DNA of 64,000 nucleotides, from positions 2,232,001-2,296,000 of the forward strand of contig CM060734.1 of assembly GCA_030704615.1 (NCBI GenBank). Direction: 5' to 3'. The notes under the pieces were generated by a model. The model searched no databases and had not been told where the DNA came from. It was given only the letters and a program-made list of their open reading frames with translations. Position numbers and translations under genes: made by a program. This DNA is from Takakia lepidozioides. Taxonomy: Eukaryota > Plantae > Bryophyta. Below are positions 27,848 to 42,309 of this stretch, in pieces. The stretch's first letter is position 1. The number at the start of each line of letters is the position of its first letter.

Positions 27848-30400
27848 GAGGTTCCGAGTCCATGATCGCCCTCACCTTTTTGTCATCCATTTTGATCCCA
27901 TCCTGTGTAATCACATGCCTTAGGAACTCCACTTTTGTGACCCCGAATTCGCACTTTGAAGCTTTGGCATACAACTTTCATTCCCGCAATTTTTGGAACA
28001 CCCTTTTGAGGTGCTCCAGGTGCTCTTCATTTGCTTTCGAGTATACCAAGATGTCATCGATGTACACGATCACAAAGTCATCCAACCACTCCTAAAAGAG
28101 GCAATTCATCAAGGTGCTAAAGGTTGCTAACGCGTTGGTGAGCCCAAAAGACATCACCAAAAATTCGTACGAGCCATACCTTGTCCTGTAAGCTGTCTTT
28201 TCCTCATCTCCTTCTGCTATCCGGATCTGGTGGTAACCCGAGTGTAAATCGATCCGGCTGAAATACTTTGCTCCTGCCAACCGATCGAAGAGGTCGTCGA
28301 TCCTTGGCAAAGGGTACCGGTTTTTGATAGTCACTCGAAGACTCCATCAGCCGCTTGGTGGACGCGGTGGTCGCCAAGACTGGCAAGGTAGACAACTACT
28401 CTTGTGAGTTGTATCAGGAGACGGGAGCCTTGTGTAAAGGGAGTCAATTAATGTTCGTGAGGGGGATAATTTCCGGAACTAACGTGTCGTTGTTGGTGGA
28501 CACAGGAGCGTCGCACTCTTTCATGACACCGGCAACGGCACGGAAGCTGGGGCTCCCGACAAGTGATGTGGGGGCCTCTATTGAAGTGCGTTCTGCCAAA
28601 GGAGAACCACAACTGGCAATGAGGGTGGTGTTCGATGTTCCTCCTCAGCTGGGGAGTTGGGAGGGATGTAAGAACTTCACCATTTGCGAGATCGATGGGG
28701 TAGATCTCATTTTGGGGATGACCTTTTTGGGCAAATCCGGAGCGGTCATAAATGGCCGCAAGAGAATAGTCACGCTATCGTGTGGGAGTGATGGCGAAGT
28801 TTTTACGGGTGTCGGAAACGCCCAACCGAGTGGGAGGGCGAATAAACCTGCTGACAGCAAAAGAGTGGGCCGTGGAGGAGCCGCAAGAGCCCCAGTTTTT
28901 GCTTTACGTGAGTCAAGTGGAAGGAGAAGTTGATAGGGAGTCAAGCCCAGATTGGATCAAGGGGACCCTCGAGAAATACCAGGATGTGATGCCGGAGGAT
29001 TTACCAAGTGGCTTGCCACCGCGAAGAGGAGTTGACCACAAGATAGAGGTGATGTCGGGATCGGAGCTGCCTGCCAAGGCGCCCTACTGGTTGAACCACA
29101 AAGAGTTGGTCGAGCTGAAGGCCAGCTCAAGGATCTAATGGCAAAAGGGTACATCCGGCCGAGTAAGTCACCTTACGGAGTCTAGGTACTATTCGCAGAT
29201 AAGAAGGATGGAACAATGCGGATGTGTGTCGATTACAGGGCTCTGAATAAGCTTCGTGGTCGCCCGAGTCATGTTTAATTGTCGGGGTTTTGCGCATTTC
29301 TTAGCCATGTGCCCGGGCTCCCCGCAATTAAAGCACACCCCATCAAAGGTCGCCTTCTATCCGCCATAAGCCGCTGCACCTGATTTTCCTTTCGGAGCAC
29401 CGGGCGCCACCTTGACGTGCGAAGGCCCTCCCTTTGATTTCCATGTGCCATTGTCGCCACGTGGCCTATCCCACTTCTTTTCCGGTCGGAAGGAGTCACC
29501 CTCCCGCCGGACCTTTTTGTGGTCAGCTCCGTACGGCCCTGTCTTTTGCCCCTAGGGACATCCGAGAAACATTCAGCCCTTTCAATTGCCTTGTTCAAAG
29601 TCTTTGGTGGCCTCTCCTCCAACTTCCGCCTGGCCCATGGGGCTAGTCCCGCCACAAAGTTGAAGACCATTTCTGGTTCCGCCATATCCGCGACTTCGAG
29701 CAACAGCACATTGAAAGCCTGAACATATCCCCGAATATCATCCATTTGCTTCAAGTTCATCATCTTGTCCCGGGCGAGCCAGGACGCTTTGAGGGGCACA
29801 AACTGTCTTTCCATAAGTTCCTTGAATCCACTCCAGCTCAAGGTTTCTGGGTTTGGCCCTTGGTCATGAAGGCGCTTCTGCCACCATTGTTGAGCATAGC
29901 CCCTCAAATAGGTGGGAGCCACTTCTACCCGATCCTCGTCACTCAACTTGGTCACCCGGAAGTACTGCTCCAGCTCCAAGAGCCAGGTGTTGAGTGACTT
30001 CCGATTTCGGACGCCCTCGAAGGTACCGAGTTCCTTAGGCTTCACCTTAAACTTCGCCTTAGTGGAAGTGGCATTAGCCGCCCTCATCACATCTTTCAAC
30101 GTCCCGCCAAACTGCTCCAACAACCCTTCCCAAAAGGCTGCTAGCATGGGAGGCATCTGTTGGTCTGGCGGAGCCTCTTGGAAGTCCTCGGGCTTCGACT
30201 CCCCAAATTCCTCCCGTTCTTGAGCGACTCGCTTTAAGAAGCATAAATTGCCTCTTCCATTTGCCGCTTCGGTGCCACGTCGCCCCTACCAGGCTCACCA
30301 AGATCATTCTCTTTCGGGCCGTTCGCTTTGTCTTGCCCGACCCCTGGTGGAGCCGATCTCAAGGACGATTGCGTACTGATCTCTAAGTTCTGATACCAAG

Positions 30401-31127
30401 TGTTGCGCACCTCACTTCGGTAAGCTCCCTTTCAAGTCATAGTTACTCGCTTTGATACGCGTGCCTAACTCCCAAACTGGCCGCCGGGCCAACTCGGAGC
30501 TTCGACTGCTCACCGGGGCATAACGGTCCCCCTCACACTCCCACTCGACCCTCGACCTGTTGGGCTCAGTGGAGATTCCCTTTGGTAGATGGCAGTCCGG
30601 AACAGTTCCCCACACCTTGGTCGCTTTCCGGCTCGCACACTTACTCACTAGTTTTTGGTCACCAATGGGCTTGCACCGTTCTCGGGGTCACTACTCCGTA
30701 TATATACTTCTGTAGGTGTCCGCGGGGGTTCCACAAGTAGCCAAGTCCAAATCTGGTGCACCACCATTTAGACCCTCGATCGTCCCAGTGGTGAGCCGCA
30801 GTGAGTCTTGGCCCACCCACCACGGCCCCAATGGACCGTGGTGAGTCCCAAGACTCCCCACGACTCCCACCACAAGGCCTCAGCCCTCATGGTGAGTCCT
30901 ATGCCACCCCCACTACGACTCCCTACGCTACCACCACCCCTCGTGGAGCCCCCACCACCGCCACCCGGTTTGCGGGGCTCCACCTAGTAAGCGTCACCGC
31001 CTCCTTGAGTGCCTTCGGCACTCAAGGGTGCTTCAGCCCCCTTTCCTATTTGCTGTCACTGCCCCCACCACAGGGGCAGTCCCTCTTGTGTCCCGACCCC
31101 CCACCCTCAAGACAAATGGCCGCGACA
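30401..31127 (-). repeat. 5' LTR of the second chromovirus copy
   Basis: Reverse complement begins TGTCGCGG and ends GCGCAACA. It is homologous to the LTRs at 12028 and 18231. Confidence 0.88.
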
Positions 31128-34100
31128 AATACGGAGAGATGGTATCTCCAACTCGATAGGCAAAATCGCCTCCTGTCCATAAACAAGTTGAAACGGCGTG
31201 AAGCCTGTGGTAACTTTAAATGCAGTCCGATAGGCCCATAGTGCAGAGAAGAGTTTCATATCCCAATCAGTACCAGCTCCGGAAATAGTTTTAGTCAAAA
31301 TTCCACATAATAGTCCATTGGTCTTCTCAGTCTGTCCGTGAGCGCGGGGGTGATAGGGTGTAGTCTTACGATGCTTAATGACATATTTAGCAGTCAATTG
31401 CTCAATAGTAGAATTTAAGAAATGTGTGCCACGGTCGCTCACCAGCTCGCGAGACATCCAAAACGCGTAATAATATTTTCGTACAAAAATTGCGCGACCA
31501 CTTTAGCAGTATCGGTACGGGTGGCCATCGCTTCTGCCCATTTAGTCATGTACTCTGTTGCTACAAGAATTAATCGTTTTTGGCCATTGCAAGAAGCCAG
31601 GGCGATAGGTCCAACAAAATCGATGCCCCACTTCTCAAAGGGTGCTTGAGCCAAAATAGAAACTAATGGCATTGAACTAGAACGAATGGTTTTCCCACTC
31701 GTTGACATGCATCACAACGACGCACATAAGCAAAAGCATCTTTAAACAATGTGGGCCCAATACCCCGATAACAACACCTTACCGACCTGTCGCATCGCCA
31801 GCAAAATGGCCACCACAAGAATCGGCGTGACAACCCTCAAGTATCATAGGGATTTCCGCTTTTATAATGCAATGCCATAAAACTCCATCTTTACCAAGCT
31901 TATATAAAGTTTCTCCAATAATTGTGTAAGGGGTCGATTTTTCAACCAATCGACATTTCTGTTTTTCAGTATACTCCTCAGGAAATTGCTGTAATGACAA
32001 ATAGTTGTAAATGAGGGCGTATTCCCCTATCGCAACATCAATCACAAAAAGCGCAGCGTCTGGAAAGGAATCGGCTATCAGCTCTTTATCTACTTCCTTT
32101 GATAGGCAACTTAAATGATCGGCATTAGCATGTTTATGCCCAGGGCGAACCACAATCTTGAAAGTAAATTCCTGTAACAAATTAACCCATCAGGCCACAC
32201 TTCCGCTCAAGTGAGGTTTATTGATGAGATATTTTAATGCATCGTGATCTACGTGAAAAACAAAAGGGTATCCCAATAAGTAATGGCGAAACTTTTGAAC
32301 CGAATAGATCATGCCCAAACCTTCCCTTTCAATGGTAGTATAGTTTATTTTTGCCGTAGCCAATTGATGGCTCGCAAAATAAACTGATGATCAAAGGACT
32401 TCTCATCCTTCTTGCTCAAAACACTACCAATTGCATAATTTGAGGCATCAACATATACTTGAAACTCCTTATTCCAATCAGGGGAAATCAAAATCGGTAT
32501 CTTTATCAGTCGTCCCTTCAATTCATTAAAGGAGCATTGACACTCTCACGTCCATTGTGGCTCTGCATTGTGCTTTAATAATTGTGTCAGAGGTAAAGCA
32601 ATTTCAGCATATCAACGGATGAATCGGCGATAGTAACCAACATGTCCAAGAAACGCCCGTATCTCCGTTACCGTAGTGGGAGTGGATAATTGGATAATAA
32701 TTTCAACCTTAATGGGATCAGTCTATATACCGTGAATAGAGACAATTTGGCCCAATAGCTTCAAGAATTGGCATTTTCCTGCATTCAAAGAGATTCCATA
32801 CTCTTGACATTTCTGGAAGCACAACTCCAACATCTCCGCATGGGTGGCCTTATTGCTATAGACACAAAAGTCATCGAGGAATATCTCCGTGAACAATCGC
32901 AAATAGTCTTGAAACGCTGCAGTCATCACCCATTGGAAGGTGGCACAGGCCTAGCAAAGCCCAAATGGCATAACTTTATAAGCATGAGTGCCCCAATCAG
33001 TGATAAAGGTGGTCTTAGTGCGGTCTTCCTCGGCAATCGTGATCTGGTTATAACCTGAGAAACCATCAAGGAATGAATAGCACTCATGGCCAGCGACGAC
33101 ATCAAGAATAATATCGGTGAAAGGCAATGGAAAATAGTCTTTCCTAGTAACTGCATTAAGCTTGCGAAAGTCCTGGCAAATTTGCACCTTGCCCGATTGC
33201 TTCTTGGGAACAACCACTATTGGCGATACCCAATCACTGTATGGAACATGATAAATAAAATCAGCTGCTAGCAATTTATCCAACTCTTCCTTCACCAATA
33301 AAGAGTATTTAGGATTCAATCGATGTTGGCGTTGCCGTACCGGAATTGCCCTCTCCTCTAGGACAATCCGATGCTGACAAATCTCTGGTGGTACCCCACG
33401 GAGATCCGTATAATTCCAAGCAAAGGTTGTGTGATTGCGCTTGAAAAACTCCTTCCACATAGACAATTCATCTGCAGGAATCTCTGCAAAAATAATTATG
33501 TCATTGGGTTCCTCCTCAGTGCCAATATTTATAGATTGGTATGGATCTTTCTTTGCCAAAGGTGCTCGACTATTGTTAGCAGAATCATACCATTCAATAT
33601 CCTCCGATAGAACTGCGGACTCCCATTCCGATTCATGTTGCACCATATAAGTGGGATGAGCGCCTTGCCATCGCAATATGGCATCATTAGAGTCATCGTC
33701 GAAATCGCCGGGCCATGGATACTCACCTGGTCCTGTACAATGGAATATCCGCCGACTACGTGTATGCTTAGGCAATAGAGGGAGTATCGGTGTACCAGTA
33801 TCGGGCTTCATTGGTCCACCCATCGGCTTCGGAAGTAAACTCAGATTCCACTTCCTGGGTCTCAACATGATATGCCACAGGATACAAATTTTGTAGAGTA
33901 GTCTTATTTGCCCCTTTTCCCAAAGTCAGAGTCCCTTTGACCCAGTCATTGGCTTTGTATAACAATGGACGTCCTAGCAAAATAAGGTAAGAATAGGCCG
34001 AAACATTCAATTGAATATAGTCGATACGATACTCCAAACCCGCGATAGTGGAGGGAACAACAACCAAGACACCTATTGGTTTAACGCGGCTCTGGTCGGC

Positions 34101-34415
34101 CATCCGTAAAGTCAATTACGTAGAATGCAGAGGGCCTAGACCTAGTTCATCCATGGTATCCGAGCTCATGAGGTTAACACTGGATCCACCATCAATTTGT
34201 GCTCCTGTGACTACAACACCATCAATCGTCACATCTACTTCAGGGGTACCAGGGTCACAATTCAAACTTAGGGCAACTTCATTGACTGCCATAGGTGCCG
34301 GCTGTATTTTAATCAACGAGGACTGCAGAGTAGATCAACATTGGGGTGCAATCGCCAATAATTGCCTCATAGAGATCATGGGTTTTAAAGCATCCATATC
34401 CTTCAAGATATCATA
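31128..34415 (-). pseudogene. Non-chromovirus Ty3/gypsy pol relic (PR-RT-RNase H-INT)
   Basis: IDGGSSVNLM (protease), DFRKLN/FLDGFSGYNQI/FLDDFCVY (RT), LQEFTF...NADHLS (RNase H end), GGHFAG, PFEKWGIDFVGP, SDRGTHF and TTPYHPRAHGQTE (integrase). Interrupted by the chromovirus LTR at 31127. Confidence 0.9.
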
Positions 34416-37400
34416 GTGAGCTAAGCTACAATATGCATGTATATGTACAATCAATCAAAGGGATGGGTACAGTTCGGTGCGAGAATTATTATGTAGCTTT
34501 GATTACGTGTCTAATCAACTTGAACATCATCATCCAAAGCTTCTTCATCCTCATCAAGCTGCAAGTCTTCTTGGTCATCGGAGTCATCGTCATAAATGGC
34601 CCGGCCCTCAAAAGGCACCTCTGAATCATCCTCCACCTCGTTTTCAATGGTCGTGTCTTCATCTCCTTCTCCAACATCCGTATCTTCTGGAGCTCATTAT
34701 ATAGGGTCCGGGATGCATTCCCCGGGGCATCATTATCATCTTCTACCCCCTCTACCCAACCTCCATCATCAGCATCATTATGACCAGTCTCTCCCTCCAC
34801 CACAATTGCCTCACCCAATGGAGATCCGAGACCATTATAGATACGTCCTCCTCTTGGCTGAGCATGCACAACCACCTTCCAATTTCCCCCTCTCGTTTTG
34901 TCATCGGAGAAGAAAACTTGCTCCATGTCTAAAGGCCGTGAAAAAGGCTCATCGGAGGGACGATAAGTAGGGTTGAGCCTATCTGCATTGATGCGCATGA
35001 AACCACAATCATCTTGCACTAGTGTTGTGGAGGGCCCCACAAGATGTGGCTGGAACCACCTTCCCTTGAAGAGAAGAGGCCGGTACCTTGTATACTGAAG
35101 TTGGAGTATGCTCTCAAGCTCTCCAATGTGCTCAAGTTTGCTCATAGCAGGTCGTGTATCTCCCTTGCCCCACGCGGAGTCTTGCCAATATATGGCACAC
35201 AAGCCAAAATCAAACGTTATTTTGCGCTTAATGTCAAGAGCATGAATGCGGAAATGACGACTGTGAACCCAAACCGCCGTGTACGAGGTCGTGAATTGAG
35301 AGGGGCCCCTTGCAATGTCTTGCACCCATATCTGAAACCACCTCACCTTGAGCAACGACGTCATAAACTGAGGTCCGAAGCCACTGTTGGAATGAACTTA
35401 GAGGCTGCAATTCTATGGGCAAGTCTTGTGAATGAACATTTCGGCGGCCCGCTCATCGTCGAGGGCGTCTAGTAACTGGCCTTGGATGGTTTCGCCTCCA
35501 TGCAAGCGTCTCCTCCTCTCGTTGCTGAACAAGGTTATTGTATCTTGCCTCTCACTCATGTATGGATAGGGTGTTCTTCAGTACGAAGTCATGCGCTTGC
35601 TCAATCACCAAGGTCGGCAATTTTACCCTCTTCGATTTTTTGGGCAAAATGATATCCTTGGTTCGTGCATCCTCCTCTTCCTTCCACATTCGAGGGGCTT
35701 CTCATCCACCCTTGCCATGTACTCCGTGCAATAGAACATAGCTCCTTGCAACGTATACCCCTCCGCCATGCTACCCTCCGGGTGCGCCATTTGTCTTACA
35801 AATGCTTTCAAAGTCTTCATATAACGCTCAAGGAAGTACATCCACCGAGAATGAACAGGGCCGGCAATCGAAGCCTCTTCCACTAAGTGCACTACCAAGT
35901 GCACTTGGATGTCAAAGAATGAGGGAAGAAGGTTCATCTCCAACATACACATTACCTCCGCCACCTCCTTCTTCATGCATGGAAAATCCGCTTCCTCCAA
36001 CTCTTTGGAGCAAATCCACCTGAACAAGCCTCCCAATTTGTAGATTGTCTCGCGAATCTCGGTCCAGTCAATGTCCCACGTACTGCAATGGGCAAGATGT
36101 CTTGCAATATATTATGGTAGTTGTGAGACTTCAAACCATGGACAGTGTCTTCGCTGAATTTTGTACGGAGGGATGATTCATACCTGGTTGGTGTCTGGAT
36201 AGCACCTATGGTGACTCTCACTTTGTTGTATTCCTCCTTTGTCCATTGCCAAGGTGCGCGCCTATACTTCCACCGTACAACACCCTTTGGGTCCACACCA
36301 TTTTGTTCGGCCCATAGATGGCGCATGTGACCCTGCTCCTCAAGCTCCTTTCTAACACCGATAGAATCTCCTTTTGCAGCCACTCCCTTCTTTGTCGGCG
36401 TGCCATGAAGAACCCGAAAAAGGGACGAACAGACATTCTTCTCAATATGCATGGGATCTAGAAGATGACGAATCTTCAGGTCCTACATATACGTATACCC
36501 ACAAATACTTACACAAATATTTTGACATGAAAGTGATAATGTAACTCATACAAAATGTGCAATATCACATGCATACATAAGGATATTGATGGTGCTTTTG
36601 TGGAATATGTACCGCCCAATATGGCAACTCGTAGAAGATTGAAAGTCGCTTCATGTCGGGCACGTCCACTTCACCGACCCTGCCCGCATGGGCCTCCTTC
36701 CATCGGTCCTTCCAAAACTGTCCGGATGGTGTCACATGAGGGGGGGGGGGGAGGGGACGTACTTCCTCTTTGCCATCAAACAAGTGTTTCTCTCTTTTTC
36801 TCCATCGATGGCTCATAGGAAGAAACTTGCGGTAGTTGGGATACACCATCTTGTGAAGATGGCGGGAGCTATGTGCATCAAGATCATCGCCACAATGCAA
36901 ACATGCATGGTACCCTTTGGTGCTTAGCCCCGAGCAAGCAGTTAGTCTTGTACACATCCCACCACATTAGCAAAGAGAAAAAGTTGTCATGTGCATGGCC
37001 CATAATGCCATCTACCCCACTACGGTGCACAAGACTGTCGCCACTACTTCTATCAATCCCAATCCTCATCGATAGTATCCGGCCTTGACAAGTGAATGTA
37101 TGCAGGTTCTTCGTGGGGAACATAATATACCTGGATAATCATGCATTGTCCAAAGCAAGATGCCCCTCATCTGAAAAGATTGTCCGATCATAGGGTCAAG
37201 TGAAGCATCCAATGCCGGGACCCCCCTCCATAGCTCCTTAAGTTCATCAACTAGAGGTTGCAAGTACGTGTCCATGTTTGTCACTTGTTTTTTCCCTGTG
37301 AGACATTCACATCATTGTTTCAATGCCCCACCAATATGCAAATTATACTACATAATGAATTACACGTCTTACTCCATGATTATGTCACTCATCAATCTTG

Positions 37401-40400
37401 CATCGGAATTGCGCCAGAGATCAGAAGATTAATGTAAAGTCCAAGGGAATAATAAGAATGAAATGGGAACACTCACCTGGTACAATGGCAACCAACATGA
37501 TATGGCATTTTTTTATTGAAAGATACGGAGGGATGTTGTAATTCACCATGGTCACCGACCAAGTGGAATGACTACATGACTGAACAGAGTATGGGTTGAC
37601 CCCATCCGAGGAGAAGCCGAGGCGGACATGTTGTGGGTTCTCTAAGAGAAAAGGCCACATCTCTTCAGTATGCCTCCATGCTTGTGAATCTTGTGGCCCG
37701 CACACCTTTCCCGGGGGGGCTCCGATGCAAGGCGTGACATCTCATCAGTGTTGCCAATGAGGGGCTTCGGTAGTGTGCCTTCAATCGGGGATCATCGAAA
37801 AAAATGCATTTTCTAGGATGAAATACCCCAAGTCCCCCACATGTAATCATCCCATTAACACACATAATACAACACCCTTATGTCTTTCCCTTTATGCACC
37901 CTCTCCCTCATTAGGAAAAGAATGGTCAAAACCGAACGTCGCTAATATTACTCACTCTTTCCAAAGCCACAATCAGATCTTGCATGAGTACTACTCTCTA
38001 AACCCTAAACTTTGTGGAATACACTTTACATGCATTGAGAAGATTAAAGAAAATAATTTCCATGCGAGGGAGAATGACGCTTATACCTTGCGTGGTACTT
38101 TTTTTCCTTGGACATCATCCCGATATCGGTTTTTCTTGCACTTTGGGCACTTGGTGAGACGCGAATTCTCTCCGTAGTATAGGGTTTTATCACATGGACA
38201 TGCATGAAAAATCTTATAGCCCATCCCCACAGAGTCCAAGACTTCGCGCACCTCTTGCGACCGTGACATCTTGGCAAGTGTGGAGCAAGGATATAGTCCG
38301 CAATAGTTCACATTATGGCAGACATCCCAACATTACTTACGCCAAATTGAATTTGAAGATTGAGCAAAAGTAAGATTGTTGAAAGTCGACTCACTTTCGC
38401 CCCTTTGTACAAGGGACTTTTTGCCTCCCTCTCCATGTCATTTGAGGGGGCCATTTCAGGATCATCGATTGGCCGGGTTCCCTCTCCATGGGATGCATCA
38501 GCGCCCATATGATGCATTAAGAGATCCTTCATGGCTTGCACATCATCTTGGTTAATTCCATCCTCACACTGTCACTGTCATCGTCATCATCGTTCGGTAC
38601 CGTGGGGGGCGGCGTCTCGCCCACGGCTCCCACCTGATGTACTTGGGTTGTTTTCGGATGGGGTGCCAAGAGAAAGGACCGGGAAGGGAGGGACAAAGTC
38701 CTGATACGAACAAATGAACATACGGGCATATATTATAATGTGTCATGCAACCATACAACTTAGTATAAGCGAAATGCAAACAACAACCTTCAATGTGTGT
38801 ATGCATCAAATATGTCATTCAGTAATTACATGTATGTGCGCAACGTCACGTATGCAAAGTTTCAAACCCAAACAAAATCATTTGCCGCCCCAAGGACGCG
38901 TTCACCCTATCAACCAATTTTGTTTATTAATGTGAAAAAAAAAAAAAATCCTCTCATGCCATTGCACCCATCAAACGGATGTGGCTCAAGCTTCATTTTT
39001 TCCCACATGTACTTAAATATGTGTGCAACACCTGTGCAAAGATCCAGCAGGAGGGGGAAAAAAAAAAAAAAAAAAAAAAAAAACATTTGCCTCCCCAATT
39101 ACACAGTCACCCTTGAACCAATTTTGAATTAAATCGAATTTAAATGGATCTAAATTAAAAATTTGCATTTATAAAATATAGGATTGCGGTTTTGAGGGGC
39201 GCAATGATTTTATTTTTGGCTCTATTTTGTTCTGTGACATCGGGGTTTGCACCACTACATCCATACAAAAAATTGGACCAAAAAAAAATGGAAAACAAAA
39301 GTATGTTTCTAGGGTCACTTTTGCATGACTCTCTATGAAGAGTGCATGAAGTTGAAAATAACTCAACGTGGAGTGCAAATGAGAGAACAAAATATGGTTA
39401 TGGGTCCAAATGACTTTTGTTTACTCCCAAATTTTGCACGCACATTGCATATGTTGTCATTAAGATATGGCTTTAGAATGGAATGAAAAAAAAAATCATG
39501 TGCAGGCGAAACGCAGTTTTCCGTCTCTACGACACGTAGCTGCGTTCAACACTTGAATGACCCATTGAATGAACTTGGTTCAAGCTCATATTTGGTCCAC
39601 ATGTGCATAAGTATGTTCAGATCACATATGAGGCTCTCACCACGGGGTGGTCCGCGAGGGGCAACCCGCGGCGCGCCCGAATTGATCCCGGAGTGTCAAC
39701 ATCCTCCGCATCATCTGAAATTTGGCCCCGATCCCTTCTACGATTATGTCCGCCAGCCTGTATTGGATCAGGTGCAATGGGTCATTCCTCACCACGAAAA
39801 ATGGTCGCTCCTGGGCCAGAATCGATATGTGGTACTGCCTCCCCATCCGAGAGGGAGATGGCTCGATGTTTCCTCACCATCGCATTCTAATTAACACACA
39901 CCACCAGTACTTTCATTTCTAAAAAACCGTTGGCGAAAAAACCCTATGTCCCTTTTCCACCCTACGACAGCAAGGGGTCGCTATTCCCCAACGTCAGGAG
40001 GCCGTAGCGACCCTGCAAAATTCAAACTCCAAAACCCAGTATCAAAAAATCCTATATAGAAAAAAGCAAATCCCAAAATAACCAGTCCCACATTGCTTAA
40101 GGGCCTGGGCCTTTGCCTCAGCCTCGGGACTTTCAAAATTGATAAACAAAGGCGGAGCATCCTTCTGGTGCTGGAGAGCCCAAGATAATTCCTTCCTCAC
40201 GTTCTATTTTCAGGTTGCCTACACCATGGAAAAATTTACTGAGACCCAGCACTTTGCGCTTATTAGATTGAACCACTTTTTGGATATGTGAATCCTAATT
40301 ACACCGTTTATCCTTTCAACCCCAAGACCCACAACCAAAACCGCCAATCCAAAACCCAGCACCATAAAGAAAAATAAACACCCTACCCCAGTACTATATA

Positions 40401-40652
40401 AAAAAGAAAAAGAAAAAAACCAATAACCCCAAAAGGCCCTAAACCCTAAACCTAAAAAGCCCGGACATCGCCGCCTGCGACGCCAATGCGTCGCATCCTG
40501 CGACGCGTTTTTTAATTTGTGAGGCCGGGGGTCGCAAGCCGCGACGGCCCTCCGTCGCAAATACCCAGTTTGAATTTTTTAAAAAAAACGGGGCGCAGGC
40601 GTGCGACGGTCGGGCGTCGCACGTAGGCGCCGCGCCCCTTTTTCCCTAAGTG
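34416..40652 (-). mobile_element. CACTA (En/Spm) element, 3'-truncated, with a spliced decayed TnpD-like transposase (~34500-38600)
   Basis: Transposase_21-type motifs VRLGFSSDGVNP, STWSV..VNYNIPP, YLQPLVDELKELW, WTMHDYPG and MHIEKNV; DUF4218-like LKSHNYH, GPVHSRWMY and PEGSMAEGY; DUF4216-like DEPF...QVFF. GCGACG/CGTCGC subterminal repeats at 40470-40625 and a CACTTAGGGAAAAA terminus at 40652. Confidence 0.88.
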
Positions 40653-42309
40653 CTTGAAGCACCTCCTTCCCCCTCGTTTTCATTTGCTATTTGGGAAAGA
40701 GGGAGTTGAGATAGTAGGGTTTATGGTGGAGGGAAAACCAACTTGGTGCTGAGCCGGAGGTGGTCGTAAGGTGGAGAGGAGTTCGCCCCAACGCCGCTCC
40801 AACGCCCAAGGTAATCACCGCCTCCTCCCTCACTTTCTCTCTTGCTCTCTTGCCCTAAACCCGGGCTCACCTCTCTCTTCCCTGTGTGATAGAGACGCAT
40901 CTGAGCATCCTTCTCTCTGTCCCTCTCTCTTCCTCTCCCTCTATAACTCTTTGGATTTCATATGGCCTTACTCTTTTTTATGCTAGTTATGTGGTTTTTT
41001 TTATTCCAATTTTTTTTTTCATCCAAAAACTGGATGGAATTTATGAAGGATGATGACTCTTACTGTGCAGATATTTTGGTTTTTTATCCCAATTTTTTTT
41101 TCATCCAAATCTGGATGGAATTCCATGAATGATGGTGACCTATTTTAATCCAGGAGATAATAATTTTACCATCATTTATTATAAATCATGGCAGTTATTA
41201 AGCTTGAGCCTATACCCTAACCCTAAAAGTTGACTTTTTAACGGATGTCATCCATTGACAAGTGCATCTCCTACTAGAATGCGACTTTTCATCCCCCCTG
41301 GATGAGAAATCGGGGATCTGTGCCCTAATCAGGTCGACACATTTCATAGCACAGAACTCGTGCTTCAGGGATCCTTGATGATGCGCCGTGTATCTTCTCC
41401 CCAACCGCTGCATGGTACCCGTGATGGCTGGCTCTTGGGATGCGCATTGGCGGTTATGCAGATTCTTCTCTGGCAGGCGACAAAGCGATAATTGCTTTGC
41501 TCAGACCCTCATGGTTCTTTTTAATTTGCAGCGGCGCTTTTACTCCTCGTTGGGAAGTACTCTACCCCTAGTAATCTACAGATTACATATGGCTCTTTCA
41601 CTTTGTATGAGCTCTTCTCTATCTGTGAACCCTTCTACTTTGATTGCGTTCTGTTGGAGACGATCTGTTGGACGCCGTGGCGCAGGGCATACCGCAAACA
41701 CTCAAGGTCTTTTGAGGTTACCTTTGCTTGAATTGTGATCTGTATATGCTTTAGAATTCAGCACTGACATGGATAGCAAAGACCTGCCACTCACCTGATG
41801 CATCCTCACTGACACACATCTTTATGTGGTGGTTTTTGGGACGGGCACAGGTGAGGGTCTTCACTTGTCTTGATTTCTTGAAACTTGCAGTTCCTATTCT
41901 TGCAAAAGTGGATGTTGTTGTTGCCTACTGCTGAGCCTGTTGCTGCTTCAAAACTGCCACCATACGGATGCAAACCTACTTCAACTTGCAGGCTCCAATG
42001 AGGATCTACTTCTACTCCTTGCCTTGTTTTTGGTTTCTTGCAACCATATCTACATGGCAGGAGGTAGGGCATACATGAGGCTTCATAGAAAACAATCTAC
42101 TGATTCCTCTATTGCCCCTTTTCTTTCATGTTTCAACTCGGGTATAATGTAGCAGCTGGTACCTTGGCTGCATTGAAATTCGGCTCTAGAATGAAACCTC
42201 TTGGCTGGTTATTAAGACAGCCTGTTATGCCTTAGTAGACAACATACATTCTGCAAGGCCCTCATTTCACTTTGATTTTATAAGCTGGACTGCAAACAGG
42301 GGTTTCTGA

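Larger units (their letters stand above)
26405..31127 (-). mobile_element. Second, rearranged and 3'-truncated copy of the chromovirus family
   Basis: LTR 30401-31127, PBS TGGTATCAGA at 30398-30389, gag 29275-30156 (-), inverted PR/RT block 28335-29251 (+), RT 27850-28334 (-), and a duplicated RT/RNase H segment (26460-26710 / 26850-27100). All are homologous to 12028-18956. Confidence 0.9.

Noticed and set aside
40437-40457. Telomeric array
   Set aside because: Only two to three CCCTAAA units, consistent with a telo-box in the CACTA promoter region.
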